32,207 nt of DNA. Origin: Guillardia theta CCMP2712. Lineage: Eukaryota; Protista; Cryptophyta. Below the pieces are notes generated by a model. It was given only the letters and a program-made list of their open reading frames with translations, made no database searches and was not told the DNA's origin. The stretch covers positions 49,747 to 81,953 of the forward strand of contig NW_005434541.1 in assembly GCF_000315625.1 (NCBI RefSeq), read 5' to 3'. Positions 9,301 through 19,361 of the stretch are shown here, in pieces. A program made the position numbers and the translations under genes. Each line of letters starts with the position of its first letter. Within the stretch, counting starts at the first letter, position 1.

Positions 9301-10976
9301 CTGTAGCTGATGTCGAACATGTCAAGTTGAAGATTCTTCATGGCAGTGAGGGTGAGGATGGTTTCCGAGCTGAAGCCGGGACCAACGACGGCCGTTGCAC
9401 CGTTGACTGACAGATTCTTCACTATCGTAGACATTGCATTCTGCCGCACTGACTGGAAGCTGCTGCCAGAAAGGAACCCGTTCTGAGCAATCGCTCGCAC
9501 TGCAGAAGTGTCTCCGATATCCAGCTGAAAGTCGATCCCTGACAAGAGAGTTTTGTCCTCATTGATCATCATCGCTGCGACCTTTGCAGCCGCCGCTGCT
9601 TGAGCATCAGCATATCCCTTGTTCCAGCTGACAACAAACATCCCTCCCAACACGATCTTTTGACAAACTCCAACAGCTCCGTCCTCTAACGCAGGTTCGC
9701 TGCTATGGAAAGTCAACCCCCCATGACTTGTCCAGGACCCAATGTTGATCAGAGTGTTGTTGCTGATCTTCTGCTCTATATTATACCGAGCATCTTTCGG
9801 ACCGAGATCACTGTTGAAAGCGACATATCCCGACACCCCGTAAAATTGTACTTCCAGGAATGCCTCCTTGAGTGCAGTTGTGTTGTCAACTGATTGATTC
9901 CGCTCAATCAACGTTTGAAAAGCATATGCTAGCGCAAAAACTGCATCATATGCTAGTGGAATATACGAGTAGCTCTCCCACATGTCCGCACTAGGAATGC
10001 TCACATTTCCAAACGCAGAGTTCGAAAGATGGATGGGACCCTGCGCCCACAATGACTTCAGCTCCTGCATTTTGGGACTGCTGTGATTCGAAGACATCTT
10101 CAACCCTATGTAATTCGGAGGAAGGTCCTTGGGAAGCAGACTGCTTACCCCCTCCCCTCCTATCCAGATAATCTTGTGCAACACGTTGAGCTCCTGGGCT
10201 GCTAGGAAGACATTGGTTGCTTCCACATCCGTCATCAACAAGACGAAAGTCTTCGAAGCCACACAACTGGCAACAGCCTTGCTCAGATTGGCTTTCACCC
10301 CACTTAGGTCTGACATGTACCACAGGTGCATGGTGTAGGCAATGTCCATCGCCTTGGCGTGCTGGGCAAACTTGGAAGAGAGACCAGAGCAGTATACGCT
10401 GGAGCAAGTGATGATTTGACAAGACGTCAACTCCAGTGACTTCACCAAGTCCGCTAGCGCCAGGCCTTGGTAGGAGTCTGGTGGGCAAATCTTCACGAGG
10501 TCTGGGAAGGTTGTTCGGTTCGAGAGCACGGGACTGGTCGTGCTGACCACCACGCTCAGCAGGTCGCGCTGGTCCAGGTAAGGACTCAGCGCTATCGCCT
10601 CCGAGCTGTAACCAGGACCGATCAGCGCCGTTGGCACACGCGGCATCCGGTCGATGGCATCAATGAGAGAGTTTTCCACGAGCAAGCTGAACTGTGCAGG
10701 AGACACAAGATCGTTTTCAACCAGCGTCCTGGTGACAGAGATGTCACTGATCTGCATCTTGAGCTTCGTTTGAGGTAGAATGTCATTTCTGCTGTTGATT
10801 ATGTCTACTGCTGCGAGAGTGGCCGCTGCAATATATCTCTCCCAGTATGACTCTGACCAATCCACCACAAATAGCCCGCCAATGGCGATCTCGCTCGGCG
10901 GTGAAAATGCGGCCGAGAGGGATGCCGAGAGCAAGAAGAAACAGAGAAAAAAATGCGAAAGCGCAGGTATCCACAT
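6343..10976 (-). CDS. Single-pass membrane receptor: signal peptide + 2 Venus-flytrap (ANF_receptor / PBP type 1) domains + TM + cytoplasmic linker + RelA/SpoT-like synthetase (nucleotidyltransferase-fold) domain; ~1387 aa
   Basis: Exons 10976-8572, 8369-7388, 7333-6851, 6802-6713, 6666-6514 and 6393-6343, all GT-AG, total 4164 nt and one open frame. The 7387-7334 intron is in-frame and inferred. Signal MWIPALSHFFLCFFLLSASLSA. VFT motifs occur twice: IGPGYSS/VGPGFSS, TSPVLSNRTTFP/TSDVLSNITRFP, PPDSYQG/PSDNLQG, AYDAVFALA/SYDATYAVA, FYGVSG/FEGASG. TM TVLAIVLSTTLIFAFFCVVALLSWYY at ~8179-8100. C-terminus reads PVKSLARMSQKL...ILDPVRLSVIC...RVKNKF...GYRDL...GEIQLH...HKLY. Confidence 0.88.
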
Positions 10977-11714
10977 GGTGGATGTGTGCTGTTTGCAAAG
11001 TTGAAACAAGGAGAAGATTCAAAGGTACGTGGAGAGCTCCGAGCCTTGAGCGCAAAGGGCAAGGCAGGAAATCTAACGATTTCGAACCCTTCGCCAAAAT
11101 TGAGCACCGATGAAATTCAATCGAGGGGAGTTGCTGTCAAATGCTGCAGATTTCTTTTTGCGCTACATGAGATACCGCCACCATCGATCGCAACCAAGGA
11201 CTACAATTCTCAGTTGTGACCATTGAGTAGGGCGTTCGTGTTACCGCCATGTACGTTTCAACCTTGCGTCTGCAACATCCTTATCATTCTACTCAACTTC
11301 TCCGCCGGTACAGGAAAGAAGGAACCACACATCCAGACAACCATGAGCTCGCTGTCACTGCTTCCGATCCATCTTCCCCGTGCCGCCCTGGTTCTTCCCA
11401 TTCCATGCCGCATCCTGATAAACTCCCCGGGTCTAATGATGGAGAAAACTTGGACCACCCCACCCTTTTATCTAATGTACCCTACCCTTGTACCCTTTTT
11501 GCACTGCACCCCTCGATTAACACCCCTTACATAATTTGTATGGGTCCTTCTGACTACCATGAGTCACTTCCCGATCCAGCACCCTTCCTATCCCCAGAGC
11601 CCACCCTACCGAATAAGTCCCTTGCCACCACCCACCCCTACAGCATGGCTATTCGGTACCCTCACCCCTCATGGTCCTTTTTCTGCACCTCACGGATGAT
11701 GGTAGACCAGAATC

Positions 11715-12125
11715 CGACTCAACCCGGGATCGGACTCGGGAGTCACGTGACTGCGGCAGTCACTCAGGGCTGAGTCACAGTGCCGCCGAGTCGCGGCCGC
11801 CCGGCCCGGCGACTCACGACGGTGAGTCAGCCACAAACTTCCGACTCCCGTCGGCCGGCGTCAGTTTTGGCCCGGGCCCGTTCAACGGAGGCGGCCTTCT
11901 TGTCAGCCTGAGCCTCGGAACTTCAGTGCCGGAGGGAGTCCAGCGCCGTTCACAGCGGCGCCGCCGCGGCGAGAAATCTCGAGGAGTCACAGTGACATGC
12001 TGCTGTCTCCTGCTCGATCCCCCGTCCGATCCATAGGCGGAGCCTCGGAGTGCTACCATGGTGCACTACTCAGTGACCGGCTCCACAGAACGGCGCGGCT
12101 TCCGGGCCCGGGGCGGGCCCTGCCC
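11715..12125. promoter_or_regulatory. GC-rich island with TGAGTCA/GACTC motifs between the divergent receptor and JTB-like genes
   Basis: TGAGTCA at 11771 and 11823; palindrome AGTCACGTGACT at 11741-11752; many CCGG sites. Confidence 0.45.
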
Positions 12126-12522
12126 TGCCAATCGTTTATAACCCGTTTACTGAAATTTGTAGGACTTTCCCAAAAATTTGGTCGTAAACGCAATAAAAAA
12201 TGTCCATAATTCTCCCCGTTACATAAAATTTGCAGTCGTCATTGCCAGACTCGCCGTTGTGCTGGGATGGTGGAAGAAGCAGGAAGGGAGGAGGGCAGCT
12301 GAGAGGGAGCGGAGAAGGTGTTGTACAGCAGCAGGAAGGGAACGGAAGAGGAGGAGAACGAGTAGCTCGTAACGACAGTTTGGGAGACACGGTGGATGAT
12401 AAGGAGGTATAAGGTGACTGTACCGCTGTATGACTTGGTTTGGTGGGTGAGGTCGCCAGAGGTCGAGGGATTGTCCTTGTAAGTAGCAGCAGCCATGCTT
12501 CCAGTCTAGCGCGTTGGACCAG

Positions 12523-13361
12523 ATGATGAGGGAGGTCGGCTTCGTCTACATCCTCCTGCTCCTGCTCTGCGGAACGCACGGAGAAGGGCAGACCAAGGAC
12601 AAGCAACTGAGCCTTCGGCGGAGTGCTACGACGCACCTGCGAAGGCTGAGCAGAAGTCAGGACTTTGTGGTCTACACCCGACCAGACAAGTCAGGAAACT
12701 CGACATGGAAGACGGCCAGCGCGTTTGAAGCTGCCAACTCGACAGCCAGCAGCTTCTATCAGTTCCTTCCCAGCTACAGCGCATACACCAGCTTCATGCA
12801 GGGTCGGTCGAAGAGCAAGACGCAGTCACAGGCAGGAGACGGGGAAGGAAGGCCGCTATCTATCGGCATGTGGCAAACTGAAGGCTTCCTGGGCCCGAAG
12901 ACGTTGAGGGGCTCGCAAGGTGGCAGGAAGGGAAGCAAACGAGGAGGAGGGTCGAAAGAGTGCAACGTGACTTCAGAGTGCGAGCAATGCTCAGAGGCCT
13001 CGCTACAGGACAACGCAGACTACTGCATGAAGACAGGATGGATGCAGGTGAAGTGCCTGTATGACGTCGTTGCTTCTGACGTGAAGAACTGCCAGCGGGT
13101 GCAATGTAGGGACTTGAAGACAAACCAGATCGAATCGTTTTTCGAGTCGTGCAAAGCGCAAGGTTACGTTCTATCAGACACAGGGGCGGTCGTGCAGGTA
13201 TGCTGCTGGATGCTCGTGTCTGTTGTTGATGGTCCATGCAGATGGAGGCTGGCTGGGCATTCTTTCTGGTGGTGACCTGGACTTGGATGAAGAGGAGGAA
13301 GCGGCTCCAGCCGGGATCTCGTCTAACGGACAAGAGCGAGGTGCAGATCCCCATGAGGTGA
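12523..13361 (+). CDS. JTB (jumping translocation breakpoint)-like type I membrane protein
   Basis: Exons 12523-13047, 13096-13197 and 13242-13361. Signal peptide MMREVGFVYILLLLLCGTHG. Six-Cys module ECNVTSECEQCS...YCMKTGWMQRVQC...FFESC matches the JTB spacing as I recall it (ECxxC...CxxTG...C...FxSC). It is followed by a hydrophobic segment (MEAGWAFFLVVTWTWM) and a basic stop-transfer KRRKR. Confidence 0.7.
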
Positions 13362-13609
13362 AGAGAGGAGAGTTGTCAGTGTAACTTTCTTACTTCCCTC
13401 GTCAGAGTTCGCTACGAGGCGTTGCAGAATGTTTGATGGGGAGATAGTTGGACAGGTTCGAACTTTTATCGTATCATCTGCCGTAGGAGCGATGGGCAGC
13501 CATAGATCGGACTTGTCATGTCCGGTTGTGTCCGTCTTTGATTTCATTTCAACAATTGTTTAACGACTGATTTAACTTTCAACTTTTTTGCATTACACCA
13601 TGATTGTCA

Positions 13610-14921
13610 TCAACTCAAACGCCTCTTTGCTGCTGGTTGGCTATCCATCATCGTTGTGGTGCTGGTCACCTGTACGGACGACACGTGCTCGCAGAATCAG
13701 GTAACAGTCAGCTCCCTCCGTCCACTATACTCCACCGCTCCCCCCCCCTCCGCCATACCCACACCCTGGAACCCCTTGGCTGAACTCAAAACCCTTCCCA
13801 CTATCACTCTTTCCTCTTACATAACGTCTCTTGATCCGCCATCGTGAGTCCCATGCCTCGAGCTCGAATGAGGTCAGGCTGCAAGGGCACCTCCAGCAAA
13901 AGCTGGCTACCACCGCGATGCGCTTCCTGTTGATCTCCCAAGTCCTGCAGTGCGTCTCCATGGGCAGCAGCAGCGGGGTGAGGGACAGCAGCATCGACTC
14001 GCCAACCCGCAGGTGGAAGGGTATGATCATCGAGCACTGGAGGGCGGTGAGCACGGGGAGGAAGCGTTGTCCCGTCACGTTGAGGGAGCGAGTGATGCTG
14101 TGGATGCGGCGCTCGACGGAGTCGCGTCTCAGGTCGGGCAGGAAGCTCGTGCTGCAGAGGTAGAGGCCCCGCACCTTGCTTTCGCGAACGATCTTCCGCA
14201 GGAGGAGACAAAGCTTCTGCTCCATACTCCCCCGCTCCTGCTAGGAGCTCTCCACCGCAGTGCGGGAAAGCGAGCTTGTCTGGATTCCCACGTTCTAGGC
14301 TCTGGATCACTTCATGTTGAACCTTGGTCAGCTGGAGAGCAAGCATCAACCTCCTCCGCCATCGCGCAAGTCATCGTCACCTTGAACAGCTTCGACATCT
14401 CCTTTTGCGCCTCGTTCAGCCATGACGTCAGGTTCCGTATCTCCGACCTCGCTGCTGAGAGCGACACCCTCGATTTCCCATGCTCCTCCTTCTCGTGTCG
14501 CAGCTCTGCCTGCACCTGCGCAGGATGTCATGCTCTCGAACCGCAGAACTTCCTGATGCAGCTGCTCTCCTTCTTACTTGGGCCAAGTAGTGCAGCATTT
14601 CCTCCCTCACGTCTTCAACAACTGTGTTCCTCTCCCTCTCGAGCTCCTCGAAGGCTGCTGAAAGCTCGTCGTTCTCTTCCTTCTTTGCTTGCAGCGCAGC
14701 CTTCAGCTCTTGCATCTCCTGCAGCTCGACGCGGTATGGCTCTATCTGGTTCTCAAGGAAACTGCGATTGAGCACACGAAATCAGTGAGGGTTGTCAAAC
14801 ACATTTGAACATACATGATTCTTCCTTTCAACACCTCCAGCGCATCGTTGTGTCCTTTTTGCATCTGCGTCATCAGAAGCATGCTTTCCGAGTGCAACCT
14901 GGATTTTTGATCCAAGAGCTG
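13610..14921 (-). CDS. Hypothetical coiled-coil protein, multi-exon; start and last exons uncertain
   Basis: Spliceable E/Q/K-rich heptad segments (LENQIEPYRVELQEMQELKAALQAKKEENDEL..., AELRHEKEEHGK...LNEAQKEMSKLFK) flanked by GT/AG sites. A possible last exon ends ...PAAKRRLS*. Confidence 0.5.
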
Positions 14922-15165
14922 AGAGATTCCCAAATGTCAGACAAACATCGGATTAACAAGGCATGACATTGATTTTGGCACATGCGACTGAAACTTGACA
15001 AGGCTTTTATCACATCTCATAGTTCATAACATCCACGACAATAAAGAAAAGAAATCAGCAACACCATGAGAGCTATTGCAAATTACCCCAAACCAGTTGG
15101 CAGTGAATGATCTCTCAGCTTGCTAACTGACTGCAACTGAACCTAACTTCGAAGTTCGTCCACCA

Positions 15166-15395
15166 GCCGCCATCCCTTCTTCTACCGTACTATATCTCCA
15201 TCACTAGTCACCTGAGTATCCTCCTAGTACCCCGCCGCCATCTCTTCTTCTAGTATCTCCATCATATCCTCCTACCCCGCCGCCATCTCTTCCGAAGTTC
15301 TACTATCTCCACCAGGGCCTCCTACCCCGCCCGCCATCTCTTCTTCTACTATCTCCACCAGGGCCTCCTATAGTACCCCGCCGCCATCTCTTCCT
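15166..15395. repeat. Degenerate minisatellite, ~5 copies of a ~45-65 bp unit
   Basis: Recurring core CCGCCATCTCTTC(TTC)TACTATCTCCACCAGGGCCTCCTACCCCG with small indels. Confidence 0.85.
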
Positions 15396-15757
15396 CTCGC
15401 ACTCACTCGCTCCAGCTCCACATGCTTTCGTCGCATCTCTTCGCACTCCGGACATGCCGCCGCCGTCGGGCATGCCGACATCGCCCGGCAGGTCAAATGG
15501 CACCCACCTACCCTGATGAAAATTTTCTTATCCTTTCTCCACCACCCACCTTTTCACCTCATATTTGCATCAATATAACCCGTGTCAATCCAGTGCTGGG
15601 AACCCCTACCCCCCAAAGCACCAAAACCAATTTTCAAAAATCATACCTCGTTATATATAATTATGTATAATGTGTTGGAATCGGGTTGACCTTGGGCAGG
15701 CCATGCACCATCAGTCGCATCGGGTAGGGGCTGAGCGGCCATGGCGGCGGGGAGAGG

Positions 15758-18700
15758 ATGGCAGGGAAGATAGCGGACATGCGAGCAGAGTCAAGACAAG
15801 GGATAGGACATGATGAGACGAGCGAGCTGCATGCAGCAGCAGCAGCAGCACTGACTTGGATGGCAATCCATCGATTCCGTCGCCCCCAGTTCAACAACAG
15901 TAGCAGCCTGTTGCTGAGCTTGCTCGTGGTGTTCACGTGCTCTGCTCGAGTGGTCGGGTATGAACCTGGCAGCAAAGGCAAGGACGACAACAGCAACCTG
16001 CAGGCAACGCCGCAGATCGATGCCGCTGCACAACATTTCAGAGCAGCCATTGTGAAATTCCCCGACGAGCCCTCGAATTATGAGAACCTCTTTCAGGCTC
16101 TGTTCCTGGATGACAGGAGAGAAGAGCTCGCTCACTGGATGAGAGCCTACAGAACTCGCTTCCCAGCGCGATCGCAGACATGCTGGTTCCACTTCAACAT
16201 GGCAATGACGCTCTACGGGCTACAGGCTCACGAGGAAAGCTTGTATCACTTCGTACATGTCATCACCCTCCCTACAACTCGTCGCGCGATCGGAGGATGC
16301 ATGCTGCTTCTGACTTCCTCGTCCGATCGTTCCACCACATCGGTCTCCTCCTCGAGCTCTTCGGACATGAGCAACAAGCTTGCCGCGCGTTTTGGACCAC
16401 TTTGAGACTGAAGTGGGAAGATCCCAAGTATGGCATGTACCTGGTGACCTGCTTGCTGAGTTCGGAGAGGGTGAGTGAGGCTGCGAGCATCCATGCTGCT
16501 CTGCTAGGGACGAGGTCGGCAGAGTTCCCGAGGCCCTGGGAGGACATCCTGCGGTTTCGATCGAGCAAAAGGAGCAGGATGAGTCCTTGGCATGGGATCA
16601 TATTCCATCTGCTCGACAAGCTGGAGAGGGTGTACGACATGAAGGCTGCGCGGAATATCTCGAGGGAGGCTCGAGAGCAGATGATGCAGGAGGTACACAA
16701 CCGCCAGCACCCCCACGATTGCTCCCGAGCCCAGGTTATGGTGTACAGCATGAAGAACGCTTTCGCTGGGCTAGGAGCCGAGGTGCACGGGCTGGTGCTT
16801 GCGCTGAACCTCGCTCATGCTCTGAAGCGAACGTTGGTCATGCCGCGGAGAGACTCTTGGTGGTACTCGGATCCTTCCAAGTGCGAGCAGGGAGGGTGGG
16901 AATGTCACTTTCTCCCGGTAGAGGTTGCTGGTGCTGTCAGGGGAGGGGATGAGAGCTTTGCAGATCTCATCGTGTCATGTGGAGGACACTGTGTTGAAGA
17001 AGTAAGTCTTGACGTGTAATGGAGTTGACGACAATCCCCCCTTGGTCCTCCCCGCTGTTCCTGATATCCTCCCTTGCTCATTCTTGTTGTTCCTGAAATG
17101 TTCTTTCCCCTTCCCGCTGTTCCTTATCGTTTCGAACAGCCGCATGGAGTACAACCACAAACTTGCCATCGAGATGCGAGGTCACAACCCTTCCAAGGCA
17201 AGGGATGAGAATGGGAAGTAACTGTTGTTTGACGTGCTGCTGCCTGCTTGCTAGGCTGATCTGCTCGCATGGAGGGGAGCCATGGCGGACTACCTGATGC
17301 GACCCAACTCCCTCATGCAGGGGAAGATGGAGGAGCTCAAGGTGAAACGAAAGTCTGCTAGACGTGTAGATGTTGAGCAGGGAGTTGGTCCAGACTGCAG
17401 TGAGCTGGCCTGTCAAGTCAACTGAGAGGGTCCTGGCACTTCACATCAGACGAGGCGACAGGATGGTCTCTTGCACAACTTGTTGTGAAGACGTCATGAC
17501 ATGAAGTACCAGGTGACAAGGAGGCCTGTCTCAGTCGCGCAGTACTTGGATGCGACATACGAGATGGTAACGCGAGAGAGCAGGGCTGAGTCGTGTCATG
17601 ATGGACCAAGGCGAGGGGATCAAGGGGAGGGACGGGCGAGGAGGAGCGGGGGGAAGGAGGACGAGAGCTAGTTGAGGTGGAGGATGGTGGTTTGAGGAGG
17701 AGACAGAGGGGTTCGAAGAGGGAGACGGAGGAAGGGTTTGATCGTTGAGTTTGTTGGAGGAAGGAGTGGAGGAGAAGGGAGGAGGTTTGTTCAGGGTGTT
17801 GGAATCCAGGTAGTGACTGAGCTGTCCGCTTTCCAGCTCCAACGCAGTGTTTTCCAATACGTTTTCTTGTGCACTGAGAACGATGAAGTCGCCTCAACGG
17901 TCGAGAAAGGTTTTCTGCTTCCTTCGCTTCCTCCCTCGTTCTTGCTGTTCCTTCTGGTTGTGTGTTTTTGTTCCTCCCTCATCAACCTCCATTTTTTCCC
18001 CTCATTTCCTCCTCCGCTCACCTTTCCTCTAACTCCCCACCTTCTGCTTCCCTTCATCCTGTCTCATCAAGCTTTCCTTTCGGCCAACATCCTTGAGAGA
18101 AACAACTCGTGTTCTTTTACCTCAGCTCCTCTTTCCACTCTCTTGTCACCTCATGACGCCTCCTCCAGCCTTCGAGGGAGACTCTCGCTTCCTAGGCATC
18201 GGTCTCCTGTATGACAGGGCAGGTGATGGAGATGGGAGGAGGAGGAGGAGGAGGGAAAAGAGATGCTGAGCCTTGATGATGAAGAGACGAGAAACTCAGT
18301 GGAGAACTCGAGAGTGCTTGAGGTTGAGTCATCGCATCCCCTCCACCTCCCCACTCACTCGCGTTGTCCTCCTCTTTCTCCTCCTCACCTCGCAACCCTC
18401 TCCTCCTCCTCCTTGTCATCTCCTCTTCGATCGTCCCTGGTCTCTTCCCTCCCTCCCCCCTCCTCCCTTCCCTCCCTCCCTCCCTCCCTNNNNNNNNNNN
18501 NNNNNNNNNNNNNNNNNNNNNNNNNNNNNNNNNNNNNNNNNNNNNNNNNNNNNNNNNNNNNNNNNNNNNNNNNNNNNNNNNNNNNNNNNCGTCAAAAAAA
18601 GGGAGGCCGCTGCTCCATCCTCCTTTTCTGTCTACAATACCCTTTATTCCTTCCCTCCTCCCTCCTCGCTTCCCTTCCTCGTTCTCGCCCCCCCTACACT

Positions 18701-19089
18701 CTCCTGTACCTTCACCTCTTCTCTCCCCTCCTCTGATCCTTTTTCTCCCCTCCTTCCTCCTCACGACTTGTGCAGTCACATGGTCTGCGGGTTTGGATCT
18801 CACTATGCGCGACTGGCCTACGAGATCGGTCACCCACCAATCCTCTTCCTCCCCTTCTCCTCATGTCTGCTCCTCCTCCTGCTGACAACTCTTCCTCCTC
18901 GCCCTTGCTCGTCGTAGCTCTACCTCCTCCCTTGCAACTCCCTCCTCCAGCTCTTCCCTCCGACCCTCTCTGTCCCTTCTCCTTCACTCTTCAGTTGCTC
19001 AATCCCCCTGAAACTCCCTTGCAGCATACAGCAGGAACGGGCAGGTCAGCCCCCCTATCGTCGTCGACATACCATGGACTTCCATGTAG
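15758..19089 (+). CDS. TPR-containing alpha-1,6-fucosyltransferase-like glycosyltransferase (GT23/FUT8/NodZ fold); multi-exon, spans a 100-N gap
   Basis: Hydrophobic anchor LLLSLLVVFTCSA, then TPR-like helices (AAAQHFRAAIVKFPDEPSNYENL; CWFHFNMAMTLYGLQAHEESLYHF). FUT8-like blocks follow in order: QHPHDCSRAQ, GLGAEVHGL...AHALKRTLVM, GGWECHFLP, DYLMRPN, LALHIRRGD (HIRRGD at 17442-17459), YVFLCTEN, CSHMVCGFGSHYARLAYEI (~18770-18827). Last exon 19025-19089 ends ...VVDIPWTSM*. The start could be ATG 15758 or 15860. Confidence 0.8.
18490..18589. other. Assembly gap (100 N, size likely arbitrary)
   Basis: Run of N inside the GT23 gene. Confidence 1.
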
Positions 19090-19361
19090 CACTAGTGTAG
19101 ATAGAAGAGCCGAGTGATCCAATCCCATGCTGAACATGCTACCTCCCCCTGCTCGCTCCAGCTCGATCCCATGATCCTCACAGTTCAACATCGCAACATC
19201 TCACATTCTCATCATCTGAAACGTTGACGCCGCTCACTTCCATCACGATTCATCGTTTACTTTCATCGTATCACTTGACATTTCACATCTCACTTCACAC
19301 TCAGCCCAGCGTTCACAGCTGGAACTCAGTTAGCTAACCCCATTCCCCTTCCTCGAGCTTC

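Noticed and set aside
10895-10925. SAA|F after the receptor signal peptide as a plastid-import (AXA-F) motif
   Set aside because: The VFT fold starts about five residues later, leaving no room for a transit peptide, and the ectodomain has many NxS/T sequons. A secretory or plasma-membrane location is more likely, though localisation is untested.
6343-10976. Calling the receptor a class C GPCR (GABA-B/mGluR), an iGluR or a receptor guanylyl cyclase
   Set aside because: There is only one TM helix, and no 7TM, channel, kinase-homology or class III cyclase motifs. The C-terminal motifs are RelA/SpoT-type.
15166-15395. CRISPR-like array (also considered for 28714-28828)
   Set aside because: Head-to-tail degenerate units with no unique fixed-length spacers, no cas genes, and a eukaryotic context.
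17455-17512. GC-AG intron that would give HIRRGDK in the GT23 gene
   Set aside because: A canonical GT-AG splice (HIRRGDRM|VTRRPVSVAQYLDAT) fits the FUT8 pattern downstream better.
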